Made by a program: the position numbers and the translations under genes. The notes beneath the pieces are model-generated. The model had not been told where the DNA came from. It made no database searches and worked only from the letters and a program-made list of their open reading frames with translations. From positions 524,175 through 588,174 of the forward strand of contig CAWBDH010000001.1 in the NCBI GenBank assembly GCA_963787625.1: 64,000 bases of DNA, in the 5' to 3' direction. This DNA is from Vulcanimicrobiota bacterium. GTDB lineage: Bacteria > Vulcanimicrobiota > Vulcanimicrobiia > Vulcanimicrobiales > Vulcanimicrobiaceae. Shown here piece after piece: positions 54,104 to 63,366 of this stretch (position 1 is its first letter; every line of letters starts with the position of its first letter).

Positions 54104-55129
54104 TTGCAGCTGCTCGAGGTCGCCAACCTCCGGACGACGTTCCGTACCGAGGACGGCCTCGTCACCGCGGTCAACGGCCTGTCGTTTGCACTCAACGCCG
54201 GCGAAACGCTCGGCATCGTCGGCGAATCCGGTTCGGGAAAGTCCGTGACCGCGCTCTCGATAATGCGGCTCCTGGCGCGCAACGCTGCGGTCACCGCCGA
54301 CCGCATGGCGTTCAACGGCGAGAACCTCCCCGATAAGAGCGAAGCGGAGATGCGCAAGATCCGCGGCTACAAGATCGCCATGATCTTCCAGGACCCGATG
54401 ACCTCGCTCAACCCGGTCCTGACGATCGGCGAACAGATTTCCGAGGTGGTGCGCCTGCATCTCGACGCCGGAAAACGCGAAGCACGCGACCGCGCCGTCG
54501 AGATGCTGAACAAGGTCCGGATTCCGCGGCCGGAAACGCGGCTCGGGGATTATCCCCATCAGTTTTCCGGCGGCATGCGGCAGCGCGTCATGATCGCGAT
54601 GGCGCTTTCGTGTAACCCGCAGCTGCTGATCGCCGACGAACCAACGACGGCGCTGGACGTGACGATTCAGGCGCAGGTGCTCGAACTGATGAACGAGCTG
54701 CAGCGCGAAACCGGTGCGGCGATCGTCCTCATCACGCACGACCTCGGGGTCGTCGCGGAGTTCTGCAAGAACGTGTTGGTCATGTACGGCGGCAACCTGG
54801 TCGAATACGGCACCGCCGAACAGATATTCGCGCAGCCGCGCATGCCCTATACGCAGGGACTGCTCGCGTCGCTGCCGCGGCTCGACGACAGGGAACATCG
54901 CCGGCTCGAGCCGATCGTCGGCCAGCCGCCCAATCTCTTACGTCTGCCGCCGGGGTGCGCGTTCGCGCCTCGATGCGCGTACCGCATGCCGATTTGCGAC
55001 GAGCCGGTGCCGCTCTACGACTTCGGTGCGGGCCACGTCGCCCGGTGTTACCTGTACGACGAACGTGCACGCGACCAGCGTCCGCTATCCGTGCAGGGAC
55101 TGCCGACCGTTCCGGTGGGCGGCGGATGA
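54104..55129 (+). CDS. oligopeptide/dipeptide ABC transporter ATP-binding protein (OppD/DppD-type)
   Basis: Walker A GESGSGKS, signature FSGGMRQR, Walker [13 protein letters not shown], and the C-terminal oligopeptide-type extension with Cys residues. Confidence 0.85.
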   Translation: MQLLEVANLRTTFRTEDGLVTAVNGLSFALNAGETLGIVGESGSGKSVTALSIMRLLARNAAVTADRMAFNGENLPDKSEAEMRKIRGYKIAMIFQDPMTSLNPVLTIGEQISEVVRLHLDAGKREARDRAVEMLNKVRIPRPETRLGDYPHQFSGGMRQRVMIAMALSCNPQLLIADEPTTALDVTIQAQVLELMNELQRETGAAIVLITHDLGVVAEFCKNVLVMYGGNLVEYGTAEQIFAQPRMPYTQGLLASLPRLDDREHRRLEPIVGQPPNLLRLPPGCAFAPRCAYRMPICDEPVPLYDFGAGHVARCYLYDERARDQRPLSVQGLPTVPVGGG

Positions 55130-56133
55130 ACGGCGCGCCGCTACTCGAAACGAGAGATCTCTACAAGTACTTTCCGATTCACGCGGGATTCATGTCGCGC
55201 CACGTCGCGGACGTGCGTGCCGTCGATGGCGTAAGCTTCACGATCCAGCCGGGGGAGACGCTCGGACTCGTGGGCGAATCGGGCTCGGGAAAGACGACGG
55301 TCGGGCGACTCCTATTGCGCCTGCTGCCGGCTACAAAGGGCGAGATACGCTTCGAAGATCGCGACGTGCTCGGCATGGGCCGCGGCGAGATCCGCCGGCT
55401 TCGCCGCTCGATGCAAATCATTTTTCAGGATCCGTTCGCGTCGCTCAACCCGCGCATGTCCGTGGGCGACATCATTGCCGAGCCGCTGACCATCCACCAT
55501 TTGGCTGCCGGCAAGGATCTCGACCGGCGGGTGCGCGAGCTATTGGAGCTGGTGGGGCTGCAGCCGTACCACGCCAACCGCTATCCGCACGAGTTCTCTG
55601 GGGGCCAGCGCCAGCGTGTGGGCGTAGCGCGGGCGCTGGCGGTCAATCCAAAGTTCATCGTCTGCGACGAGCCCGTATCGGCGCTGGACGTCTCGATTCA
55701 GGCGCAGGTCATCAACTTGCTCGAGGACTTGCAGCAGCAGTTTCGCCTCACGTATCTGTTCATCGCGCACGACCTTTCCGTGGTCCGGCACATCTCGACG
55801 CGCGTCGCCGTGATGTATGTGGGCAAGATCGTCGAGCTGGCCGACCGGGACGCACTGTACGAAAACCCGCTGCATCCGTACACACAGGCGCTGTTGTCGG
55901 CGATCCCAATCCCCGATCCGGTGTTGGAGAAGCGGCGCAAGCGCGTCGTGCTTACCGGCGACATCCCTTCGCCGGTGAATCCGCCGTCGGGATGCCGCTT
56001 CCACACTCGCTGCCCCGTCGCGTTCGACCGCTGCGTGGTCGAAGAGCCGCCCCTTAAGGAATACGAGCCGGGTCACTTCGCCGCTTGTCACTGGGTCGAG
56101 GAGCACGGCGGCCGCGGTCCCGATCTGGCATAA
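55126..56133 (+). CDS. oligopeptide/dipeptide ABC transporter ATP-binding protein (OppF/DppF-type)
   Basis: The ATG overlaps the upstream stop. [29 protein letters not shown] and the C-terminal [17 protein letters not shown] motif. Confidence 0.85.
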   Translation: MNGAPLLETRDLYKYFPIHAGFMSRHVADVRAVDGVSFTIQPGETLGLVGESGSGKTTVGRLLLRLLPATKGEIRFEDRDVLGMGRGEIRRLRRSMQIIFQDPFASLNPRMSVGDIIAEPLTIHHLAAGKDLDRRVRELLELVGLQPYHANRYPHEFSGGQRQRVGVARALAVNPKFIVCDEPVSALDVSIQAQVINLLEDLQQQFRLTYLFIAHDLSVVRHISTRVAVMYVGKIVELADRDALYENPLHPYTQALLSAIPIPDPVLEKRRKRVVLTGDIPSPVNPPSGCRFHTRCPVAFDRCVVEEPPLKEYEPGHFAACHWVEEHGGRGPDLA

Positions 56134-56140
56134 AAGAAAA

Positions 56141-56172
56141 ACGGGCGAACGCACAGCGTTCGCCCGTTTTTA
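56141..56172. terminator. bidirectional rho-independent terminator
   Basis: A perfect 12-bp stem ACGGGCGAACGC / GCGTTCGCCCGT with a 3-nt loop. It is flanked by an A-run upstream and a T-run downstream, between convergent oppF and the basic-repeat gene. Confidence 0.8.
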
Positions 56173-56186
56173 GCCGTTCTCGGGCG

Positions 56187-56681
56187 TTAACCGCCCTTCT
56201 TGCGCCCGCCCTTTTTGCGTCCACCGGTTTTTTTGCGGCCGGTGCTCTTCTTGCGTCCGCCGGTCTTCTTGCGACCGGTGCTCTTCTTGCGGCCGCCGGT
56301 GCTCTTCTTGCGTCCGCTGGCGCTCTTCTTACGTCCGCTGGAGCTCTTCTTGCGCCCCGTAGAACTCTTCTTGCGTCCGCTGGAGCTCTTCTTGCGTCCG
56401 CTGGAACTCTTCTTGCGTCCGCCCTTCTTCCGACCGTTCGTCGACTTCTTTCGGCTGGTGCTCGCGCTCTTTTTGCGGCCGCCCTTGCGGGTCGCTTTTT
56501 TGCGGCCGCCGGTGCTCTTGCGCGTCGAACTGGTCTTGCGGCCACCGGTGCTGGACTTCTTTCGGCCGTTACTCGACTTCTTGCGGCCGGACGTCGAAGC
56601 CGCTTTACGGCGCCGCCCATTGCGACGCGGGCCTTCATCCTCCATCCCGTTGCCGCCGTTCATTGTGGAATCCGAGTCCAT
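56187..56681 (-). CDS. extremely basic low-complexity protein with about 17 GRKK(S/T/G) repeats
   Basis: ATG at 56681 preceded by GAGGAGGA. It has its own TTGCAT-17-TATGAT promoter and a terminator downstream. Short acidic N-terminus MDSDSTMNGGNGMEDEG, then only G/R/K/S/T/A/N residues. Confidence 0.7.
   Translation of the reverse strand: MDSDSTMNGGNGMEDEGPRRNGRRRKAASTSGRKKSSNGRKKSSTGGRKTSSTRKSTGGRKKATRKGGRKKSASTSRKKSTNGRKKGGRKKSSSGRKKSSSGRKKSSTGRKKSSSGRKKSASGRKKSTGGRKKSTGRKKTGGRKKSTGRKKTGGRKKGGRKKGG
56200..56600. repeat. imperfect tandem 21-nt (7-codon) coding repeats
   Basis: Units such as GCTCTTCTTGCGTCCGCTGGA recur head to tail. All reading frames on both strands stay open here, which explains five overlapping track ORFs. 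Confidence 0.8.
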
Positions 56682-56749
56682 TCATTCCTCCTCGTCCCCA
56701 GGACGATTAGCGTTAGTTGGACAGCGCCGCAGTCGGCGCTTTTGAGCGA

Positions 56750-56778
56750 ATCATAGAGGATTTTGCCAAATCATGCAA
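56750..56778 (-). promoter_or_regulatory. candidate sigma-70 promoter of the basic-repeat gene (TTGCAT - 17 nt - TATGAT)
   Basis: On the minus strand, TTGCAT is at 56778-56773 and TATGAT at 56755-56750. A 7-bp hairpin AGCGCCG-ACTG-CGGCGCT lies in the leader. Confidence 0.5.
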
Positions 56779-56807
56779 ATTCACGTGCGCGCGCGACGTT
56801 GTCGAAT

Positions 56808-56836
56808 TTGCTGGTCCTTGACCCCGGCGGTATACT
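56808..56836 (+). promoter_or_regulatory. candidate sigma-70 promoter of topA (TTGCTG - 17 nt - TATACT), would give a near-leaderless mRNA
   Basis: TTGCTG at 56808-56813 and TATACT at 56831-56836. The GTG start at 56844 is 7 nt after the -10, and there is no Shine-Dalgarno sequence. Confidence 0.45.
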
Positions 56837-56843
56837 AGGGCCC

Positions 56844-58958
56844 GTGAAAAAGCCCCTCATCATCGTGGAGTCTCCCACGAAAGCGCGGACGATCAAGAAG
56901 TTCTTGCCTGCGCGCTTTGCGGTGAAGGCATCGGTGGGACACGTTCGCGACCTTCCCAAGAGCTCGCTGGGGGTCGACGTCGCGCACGACTTCGCGCCGA
57001 AGTATCTTACGATAAAAGGGAAAGGCGACGTCATCAAGGATCTGCGCGGCGCCGTTAAAACGGCGACGGACGTCTATCTGGCGACCGATCCCGATCGCGA
57101 AGGTGAGGCAATCGCCTGGCACTTGGCAGAGCTTCTCAAACTGTCCGATCCCAAGCGCATCGAGCTTCACGAAATTACGAAAGAAGCGGCGTTGGCCGCG
57201 CTCCAGGAACCGCACCGCATCGACATGGACCGGGTCAACGCTCAGCAGGCGCGCCGCATCCTCGACCGTCTCGTGGGCTACAAAATCTCGCCGCTGCTCT
57301 GGTCCAAGGTGCGCGGGGGCCTTTCGGCCGGACGCGTGCAGTCGGTGGCGGTAAAACTCATCGTCGACCGCGAGCGCGAGATTCAGGCGTTCGTTCCGCG
57401 GGAGTATTGGAGCGTCACGGCGGTGCTCGCTGCCGCCGGTGATCCGGAGTCGCCATTTGCGGCCGACCTCGTGTCGCACCGCGGGCAGAAGATCGAGATC
57501 GCCTCCGGGGCGGCGGCGGACGCGGTGCTCCGCGCGCTCGACGGAGCCGCGTATCGAGTCGCGTCGGTGAAGAAGCGGGAGCTGCGGCGGCACGCGCCCG
57601 CGCCGTTCACGACATCGACGCTGCAGCAGGAAGCGTCGCGCAAGCTGCGCATGCGCGTGCGACGCGCGATGCAGTTGGCCCAGGCGCTCTACGAAGGCAT
57701 CGACGTCGGCGGCAGCGAGGGCACCGTCGGGCTCATCACCTACATGCGCACCGACTCGACGCGCATCAGCGATCAGGCGCGTGACGCCGCTCGCGAGTAT
57801 ATCGTCGGCACGTATGGGGAGGACTACCACGCCGGCACGCGTCATCGCGTGCGTCAGGGCGCTCAGGATGCGCACGAGGCGATCCGGCCGACGTCGGTGC
57901 TGCGGACACCCGAAAGCCTCGCGGGTCTGCTCAAGCGCGACGAGTTGCGGCTTTACACGATCGTGTGGGAGCGCTTCGTCGCATCGCAAATGGCCTCGGC
58001 GGTGCTCGACCAGACCGTCATCGACACCGAAGCCAACGGCTACGTCTTTCGAGCCACGGGCACGATTGTGCGGTTCCCCGGGTTCACGCGCGTCTATAAG
58101 GAAGAAAAAGAGGACGACGCCACCGTCAAGGGACGGCCACGGCTGCCCGCCATCGAGGAACGTGAGGCGCTGGAGTGCCGCAAGCTCGAACCGAAGCAGC
58201 ACTTCACGGAGCCGCCGCCGCGCTATACCGAAGCGGCGCTCGTGAAGGCCCTCGAGGAGAACGGCATCGGGCGTCCCTCGACCTATTCGGCGATCGTGGA
58301 AACGATTCAGGCCCGCGGGTACGCGACGCAGCAAGAGCGCCGGTTCGTGCCGACGGAGATCGGCAGCGCGGTCAACGATCTGCTCGTCGAGCACTTTCCG
58401 AACATCGTCAACCTTGACTTTACCGCGCAAATGGAGGGCGACCTCGACCGGATCGCCGACGGCCACGAAGACTGGATCGCGCTGCTGCAGCGCTTCTACG
58501 GTCCGTTCGAAAGCGAGCTCGACGCCGCCGAGAAGAGGCTGCCCCGCCTCGAGATTCGCGACGAGCCGACCGACGAGATTTGCCCGAACTGCGGGCGTCC
58601 GATGGTGATCAAGACGGGCCGTTTTGGTCGGTTCATCTCGTGTAGCGGATATCCCGAGTGTAAGACGACCAAACCGATCGTCAAGCAGACGGGCGCGGAC
58701 TGTCCGAAGTGTTCCGGTGCGGTCGTCGAGCGCCGTTCGAAAAAGGGACGCGTCTTTTATGGGTGCGCGAACTATCCAAACTGCGACTTCATTTCGTGGG
58801 ATGCCGTCGCGCGCGAGCGCTGCCCGGTCTGCGGCTCGTACGTGGTCGCCAAGACGCGCCGCGGCGGCGCGGTGCAGCTGCTGTGCGCCGCGGACCGCAC
58901 GCATCACGTCCCCGCGCCCGCGCTCCCAGCCGAGGAACCCGCGCTGGCATCGACCTGA
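56844..58958 (+). CDS. topA: DNA topoisomerase I
   Basis: GTG at 56844 gives VKKPLIIVESPTKARTIKKFL (Toprim). Also ATDPDREGEAIAW, the active-site region LITYMRTDS, and three C-terminal zinc ribbons (CPNCGRPM..., CPKCSGAV..., CPVCGSYV...). Confidence 0.95.
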   Translation: MKKPLIIVESPTKARTIKKFLPARFAVKASVGHVRDLPKSSLGVDVAHDFAPKYLTIKGKGDVIKDLRGAVKTATDVYLATDPDREGEAIAWHLAELLKLSDPKRIELHEITKEAALAALQEPHRIDMDRVNAQQARRILDRLVGYKISPLLWSKVRGGLSAGRVQSVAVKLIVDREREIQAFVPREYWSVTAVLAAAGDPESPFAADLVSHRGQKIEIASGAAADAVLRALDGAAYRVASVKKRELRRHAPAPFTTSTLQQEASRKLRMRVRRAMQLAQALYEGIDVGGSEGTVGLITYMRTDSTRISDQARDAAREYIVGTYGEDYHAGTRHRVRQGAQDAHEAIRPTSVLRTPESLAGLLKRDELRLYTIVWERFVASQMASAVLDQTVIDTEANGYVFRATGTIVRFPGFTRVYKEEKEDDATVKGRPRLPAIEEREALECRKLEPKQHFTEPPPRYTEAALVKALEENGIGRPSTYSAIVETIQARGYATQQERRFVPTEIGSAVNDLLVEHFPNIVNLDFTAQMEGDLDRIADGHEDWIALLQRFYGPFESELDAAEKRLPRLEIRDEPTDEICPNCGRPMVIKTGRFGRFISCSGYPECKTTKPIVKQTGADCPKCSGAVVERRSKKGRVFYGCANYPNCDFISWDAVARERCPVCGSYVVAKTRRGGAVQLLCAADRTHHVPAPALPAEEPALAST

Positions 58959-58960
58959 TC

Positions 58961-60331
58961 GTGGTGTCGCTCCAACGCTTGACCGTCATCGGAGCCGGGC
59001 TCGCCGGCTGCGAAGCGGCCTGGCAGGCGGCGCACCGCGGAGTCGGCGTCGATCTCTACGAGATGCGGCCGCACAAGAGCGGCCCCGCGCATCGCACCGG
59101 CGCACTCGCGGAGCTCGTCTGCAGTAATTCGCTGCGCGGCGTGTCGCTGGAAAACGCCGTCGGGCTACTCAAAGAGGAGCTCGCGCGCCTCGGATCGTTG
59201 ATCGTTACAACTGCGCGCGACACGGCGGTACCGGCCGGCGGGGCATTGGCCGTGGATCGCGAGCGTTTCGCAGCCATGGTCGAGTCGCGCATCGTAAGCG
59301 AACCGCTGATCACGTTGCGTCGGCAGGAGGTCTCGAACGTGCCGCTCGACCGTCCGGCGATCGTCGCGTGCGGTCCGCTGCCAAACGAGGAGTTCGCAAG
59401 CAGCCTCGATGCGGTGCTCGCGGCCGCCGGGACCGGCGATGGACGCGTTCGACTCCACTACTATGACGCCGCGTCGCCGATCGTCGCCGCCGATTCGCTC
59501 GACGAATCGCCGATGTACCGGCGTTCGCGCTACGACAAAGGCGATGGGGACGACTATCTCAACATCCCGCTCGACCGCGCGGCGTACGCCGAGCTCGTGA
59601 ACGACCTGCGCACACTCGAGCGGCATCCCGCGAAGGAGTTCGAGGCGACGCGCTATTTCGAGGGCTGCTTGCCGATCGAGGAAATGGCCGACCGAGGCGA
59701 CGAGGTGCTACGCTTCGGCCCGCTCAAGCCGGTCGGGCTTCGCGATCCGCGCACGGGGACGATGCCGCACGCCGTCGTGCAGCTGCGCAAAGAGAACCTG
59801 GCCGGAACCGCCTACAACCTGGTCGGGTTTCAGACGCGCCTGTCTTGGCCGGCGCAGCGCGAGGCGTTCGGCAAGCTTCCCGGACTGCATCACGCCGAGT
59901 GGCTGCGCCTCGGCGTGATGCACCGAAACACGTTCGTGGACTCACCGCGGCTCCTCGATTCGCGGCTGAAGCTGCGCGGCACCGAAGCGCTGTATTTCGC
60001 CGGCCAGATCACCGGCGCCGAAGGATACGTTGAAGCGGCCGCATGCGGCGCAATGGCCGGCATCCACGCGGCGCGCGCGGTGCAGTCGCTCGAGCCGATC
60101 GACGTTCCGCGTGAAAGCGCGTTCGGCGCAGTTGTCGCCCATTTGCAAAATCGGCACACGGCCGACTTTCAGCCCGCGAACGTCACGTGGGGCGCCTTCC
60201 CGCTCTCTGCCGAAGCACGAGCCGGCGTGCGCGCCGGGAAACGCGAACGGCGCCGGGAGATCGCGGAGCGCGCGCTGGCGGCGATCGAAGGCTTCGCAGC
60301 TGAAACTCTCGCAGCGCCGGTCGGGTACTGA
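58961..60331 (+). CDS. trmFO: methylenetetrahydrofolate--tRNA-(uracil54-C5)-methyltransferase
   Basis: [18 protein letters not shown]...[10 protein letters not shown]...[19 protein letters not shown]. Confidence 0.9.
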   Translation: MVSLQRLTVIGAGLAGCEAAWQAAHRGVGVDLYEMRPHKSGPAHRTGALAELVCSNSLRGVSLENAVGLLKEELARLGSLIVTTARDTAVPAGGALAVDRERFAAMVESRIVSEPLITLRRQEVSNVPLDRPAIVACGPLPNEEFASSLDAVLAAAGTGDGRVRLHYYDAASPIVAADSLDESPMYRRSRYDKGDGDDYLNIPLDRAAYAELVNDLRTLERHPAKEFEATRYFEGCLPIEEMADRGDEVLRFGPLKPVGLRDPRTGTMPHAVVQLRKENLAGTAYNLVGFQTRLSWPAQREAFGKLPGLHHAEWLRLGVMHRNTFVDSPRLLDSRLKLRGTEALYFAGQITGAEGYVEAAACGAMAGIHAARAVQSLEPIDVPRESAFGAVVAHLQNRHTADFQPANVTWGAFPLSAEARAGVRAGKRERRREIAERALAAIEGFAAETLAAPVGY

Positions 60332-60338
60332 CGCTAGC

Positions 60339-60869
60339 ATGAGGATTCGGTCGACTACGATCTTGGCGGTACGCCGTGACGGCAGGCTCGCGATTGCCGG
60401 TGACGGTCAGGTGACCCTCGACAAAACGATCGTGAAGCACGGCGCGCGTAAGGTCCGAAAAACGTCGGGCGGCAAGGTGTTGGCGGGATTCGCCGGATCG
60501 GCGGCGGATGGCATCACGCTGCTGGAAAAATTCGAAAGCAAGTACGCGGAGTTCAAAGACTTGACGCGCGCCGCCGTCGAGCTGGCGAAGGACTGGCGCC
60601 AGGATCGCGCGCTGCGCCGCCTCGAGGCGATGATGATCGTCGGCAACGCCGAGCATTTGTTCCTGCTTTCGGGAACCGGCGACGTGATCGAGCCCGACGA
60701 GGGCATCGTCGCAATCGGCAGCGGCGGCGCCTACGCGCAGGCGGCGGCGGCCGCTCTGCTGCGAAACACGTCGCTCGACGCCGCCGAAATTGCGCGTAAG
60801 GGTTTGGAGATCGCCGGCGAGATTTGCATCTACACCAACGACGACGTCACCGTGGAGAGCCTCCCATGA
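60339..60869 (+). CDS. hslV: ATP-dependent protease subunit HslV
   Basis: [27 protein letters not shown]...[12 protein letters not shown]...GSGGAYA. Confidence 0.95.
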   Translation: MRIRSTTILAVRRDGRLAIAGDGQVTLDKTIVKHGARKVRKTSGGKVLAGFAGSAADGITLLEKFESKYAEFKDLTRAAVELAKDWRQDRALRRLEAMMIVGNAEHLFLLSGTGDVIEPDEGIVAIGSGGAYAQAAAAALLRNTSLDAAEIARKGLEIAGEICIYTNDDVTVESLP

Positions 60870-62299
60870 CGACGGCATTGCCGGCGCTCGACGCCGCGGC
60901 GCTCACGCCGCGCCAGGTCGTCGCCGAACTGGACAAACACATCGTCGGGCAGGCGAAAGCGAAACGCGCGGTCGCGATCGCGCTGCGCAACCGGTATCGC
61001 CGCGCCCGCGCGCGCGAGGACTTGCGCGAGGAAATCACGCCAAAGAACATCCTCATGATCGGCCCGACCGGCGTCGGCAAAACGGAGATCGCACGGCGGT
61101 TGGCCGCGCTGGTCGGTGCGCCGTTCGTCAAGGTCGAGGCGACGAAATATACCGAGGTGGGATACGTCGGCCGCGACGTCGAGTCGATGGTGCGCGACCT
61201 CGTAGAGGCCGCCATCCGCACCGTGACCGAGGAGCGTCGGGACGACGTGCGCGAGCCGGCAGCCGGCCACGCGGTCGAGCGCGTCATCGACGCGCTGCAC
61301 CCCGAAACGCGGCCGCCGTCACCATCCGGCAGCAACCCGCTGGGAGCGGCACTCGGCTCGATTTTCGGCAGCGGCGCTGGAAGCGCGCCCCCGGCGGGGG
61401 CGCCGGCTTCGCCGTCGCCCGACGCGCAGCGCGTCCGAGACCAAACGCGCAGCGAGATCGAGCGCGGCTTCTACGACGTGCGTCTGATCGAGATCGAAGT
61501 CGAAGAGACGCCCAGCCTGCCCATCGGTGTTATCGGCGGCGGCATGGATCAGGCGGGCGACCTCGGAGAAATGCTGGGCGGCATCCTTCCGAAGCGCCGC
61601 ACGAAGAAACGGGTCACGGTCGCCGAGGCGCGTAAAATCTTCGAGCAGGAAGAAGCGGCGAAGCTTATCGACATGGACGCCGTCAAGCGCGAGGCGCTGC
61701 GCCGCGCCGGCGAAGACGGCATTATCTTCATCGACGAGATCGACAAGGTTGCCGGGTCGCACCAGCACGGGGGCGGTCCCGACGTATCGCGCGAGGGGGT
61801 TCAGCGCGACATCCTACCGATCGTCGAAGGCTCGACGGTGAACACCAAGCACGGGCCGATCAAGACCGACCACGTCCTCTTCATCGCCGCAGGTGCGTTC
61901 CACACGAGCAAGCCGTCGGACCTGATCCCGGAGCTTCAAGGGCGCCTCCCGATCCGCGTCGAGCTCGACTCGCTGACGGCCGACGACTTCAAGACGATCC
62001 TGACGCAGCCGAAGAGCGCGCTCGTCGAACAATACAAGGCATTGCTCGCTACGGATCGCGTGACGCTCGAATTTCGGGACGATGCAATCGAGCAGCTCGC
62101 GGACTTCGCGATGCGGGTTAACGAGCAGACCGAGAACATTGGCGCGAGGCGCCTGCATACGGTGCTCGAGCGCGTCCTGGAAGACATCAGCTTCGACGCG
62201 CCCGAGACGACCGGTGCGGTCGTCGTCGACGGCGAATACGTACGCAAGCGGCTCGCCGACGTCGTGGCGAACGCCGACCTTTCGGGCTATATTCTCTAA
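60866..62299 (+). CDS. hslU: ATP-dependent protease ATPase subunit HslU
   Basis: The ATG overlaps the hslV stop. [34 protein letters not shown]...[20 protein letters not shown]...IIFIDEIDK...[10 protein letters not shown]. Confidence 0.95.
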   Translation: MTTALPALDAAALTPRQVVAELDKHIVGQAKAKRAVAIALRNRYRRARAREDLREEITPKNILMIGPTGVGKTEIARRLAALVGAPFVKVEATKYTEVGYVGRDVESMVRDLVEAAIRTVTEERRDDVREPAAGHAVERVIDALHPETRPPSPSGSNPLGAALGSIFGSGAGSAPPAGAPASPSPDAQRVRDQTRSEIERGFYDVRLIEIEVEETPSLPIGVIGGGMDQAGDLGEMLGGILPKRRTKKRVTVAEARKIFEQEEAAKLIDMDAVKREALRRAGEDGIIFIDEIDKVAGSHQHGGGPDVSREGVQRDILPIVEGSTVNTKHGPIKTDHVLFIAAGAFHTSKPSDLIPELQGRLPIRVELDSLTADDFKTILTQPKSALVEQYKALLATDRVTLEFRDDAIEQLADFAMRVNEQTENIGARRLHTVLERVLEDISFDAPETTGAVVVDGEYVRKRLADVVANADLSGYIL

Positions 62300-62356
62300 G
62301 ACAATTCACATTAGGCCGGGCAGGCCCTGCACCGGTGCAACGAGGATGGTTTTCCT

Positions 62357-62830
62357 ATGAAACAGTCGATTGGCGTTCTCATCGTTCTGGCCGGGGCGCT
62401 CCTCGCGGGGTGCAACGGCAACAACAGCATCGCGACGCCGCCGGGGACCGGCACGAACTGCGGCGGCCCACCGAGTTCCAACGAACTCGAGGTGCTCTAT
62501 CCCAAGCCGAACTCGCACAATGCCCCAGTGGCGCTCGGCAACATCTACGTTTCGACGAAGGGACAGCTGCCGCCGAACAACAGCTTCAACTTCTTGCTGG
62601 CGCAGTCGAACGGGTCGCAGACGTTCACGGGGTTCTTCGCCGGCATCAATAAGGGGCAGATCCCCCCGCAGCACGCGAACCCGACGTATTCCAATCCCGT
62701 TTACTATGCCACGTCGCTGCCGCCGAGCTACATCGTCGGCCCGAGTCAATCCGTTACCTTGCTATGGAACGACGCCGGCACGGGCTGCACGCCGCACTTC
62801 CTGGTGAGCTCGTTCAAAACCAAGGGCTAG
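62357..62830 (+). CDS. hypothetical lipoprotein
   Basis: MKQSIGVLIVLAGALLAGCNG lipobox. No family recognised. Confidence 0.6.
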   Translation: MKQSIGVLIVLAGALLAGCNGNNSIATPPGTGTNCGGPPSSNELEVLYPKPNSHNAPVALGNIYVSTKGQLPPNNSFNFLLAQSNGSQTFTGFFAGINKGQIPPQHANPTYSNPVYYATSLPPSYIVGPSQSVTLLWNDAGTGCTPHFLVSSFKTKG

Positions 62831-62859
62831 TAAGCCGGCAATAAGAAGAGCGGGCCGCG

Positions 62860-63366
62860 ATGCCCTACATTCGCGACATCATCACCGACGGCCATCCGGC
62901 GCTACGCCGGATGGCCCGGCGGGTCGACCCCAAGGAAATCGCGGAGCCGCTCTTCCAGCAGCTGATCGACGACATGTTCGCGACGATGTACGCCGCACCG
63001 GGCGTCGGCCTCGCCGCGCCGCAAATCAACGTTTCGAAACGCGTGTTCGTGTGCGACGTCAACGACGATCGTCACCCAGCCGCCGTCGTCATCAATCCGA
63101 AGCTCGAGCCGCTGGGCGACGAGGTCGAGCTGCGCGAGGGTTGTTTGTCGATTCCCGGCATGGTCGGTGAGATCGTACGATACGAGCGCGCGGCCGTGAC
63201 GGGTCTCGACCGCAACGGGCGGAAGATTCGTATCGAGGGCGACGGTCTGCTGGCGCAGTGCCTGCAACACGAGGTCGACCACCTCAACGGCGCACTCTAC
63301 ATCGATCGGGCGACGAACGTGCGCGCGGCCGAGAGCGAAGAGGAGAAAGAAACCGCGGAAGCGTGA
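62860..63366 (+). CDS. def: peptide deformylase
   Basis: GVGLAAPQI, EGCLSIPG and QHEVDHLNG motifs. Confidence 0.95.
   Translation: MPYIRDIITDGHPALRRMARRVDPKEIAEPLFQQLIDDMFATMYAAPGVGLAAPQINVSKRVFVCDVNDDRHPAAVVINPKLEPLGDEVELREGCLSIPGMVGEIVRYERAAVTGLDRNGRKIRIEGDGLLAQCLQHEVDHLNGALYIDRATNVRAAESEEEKETAEA

Noticed and set aside
56054-56756. Repeat arrays (here and at 7855-8030) considered as possible CRISPR arrays. Alternative frames of the 56.2-56.7 kb repeat (56054..56638 -, 56085..56756 +, 56200..56745 +) considered as genes.
   Set aside because: There is no repeat-spacer periodicity in either region. At 56.2 kb the units are contiguous 21-nt coding repeats. Only the 56187..56681 minus frame has an RBS, a promoter and a terminator. 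The other frames stay open merely because the repeat lacks stop triplets.
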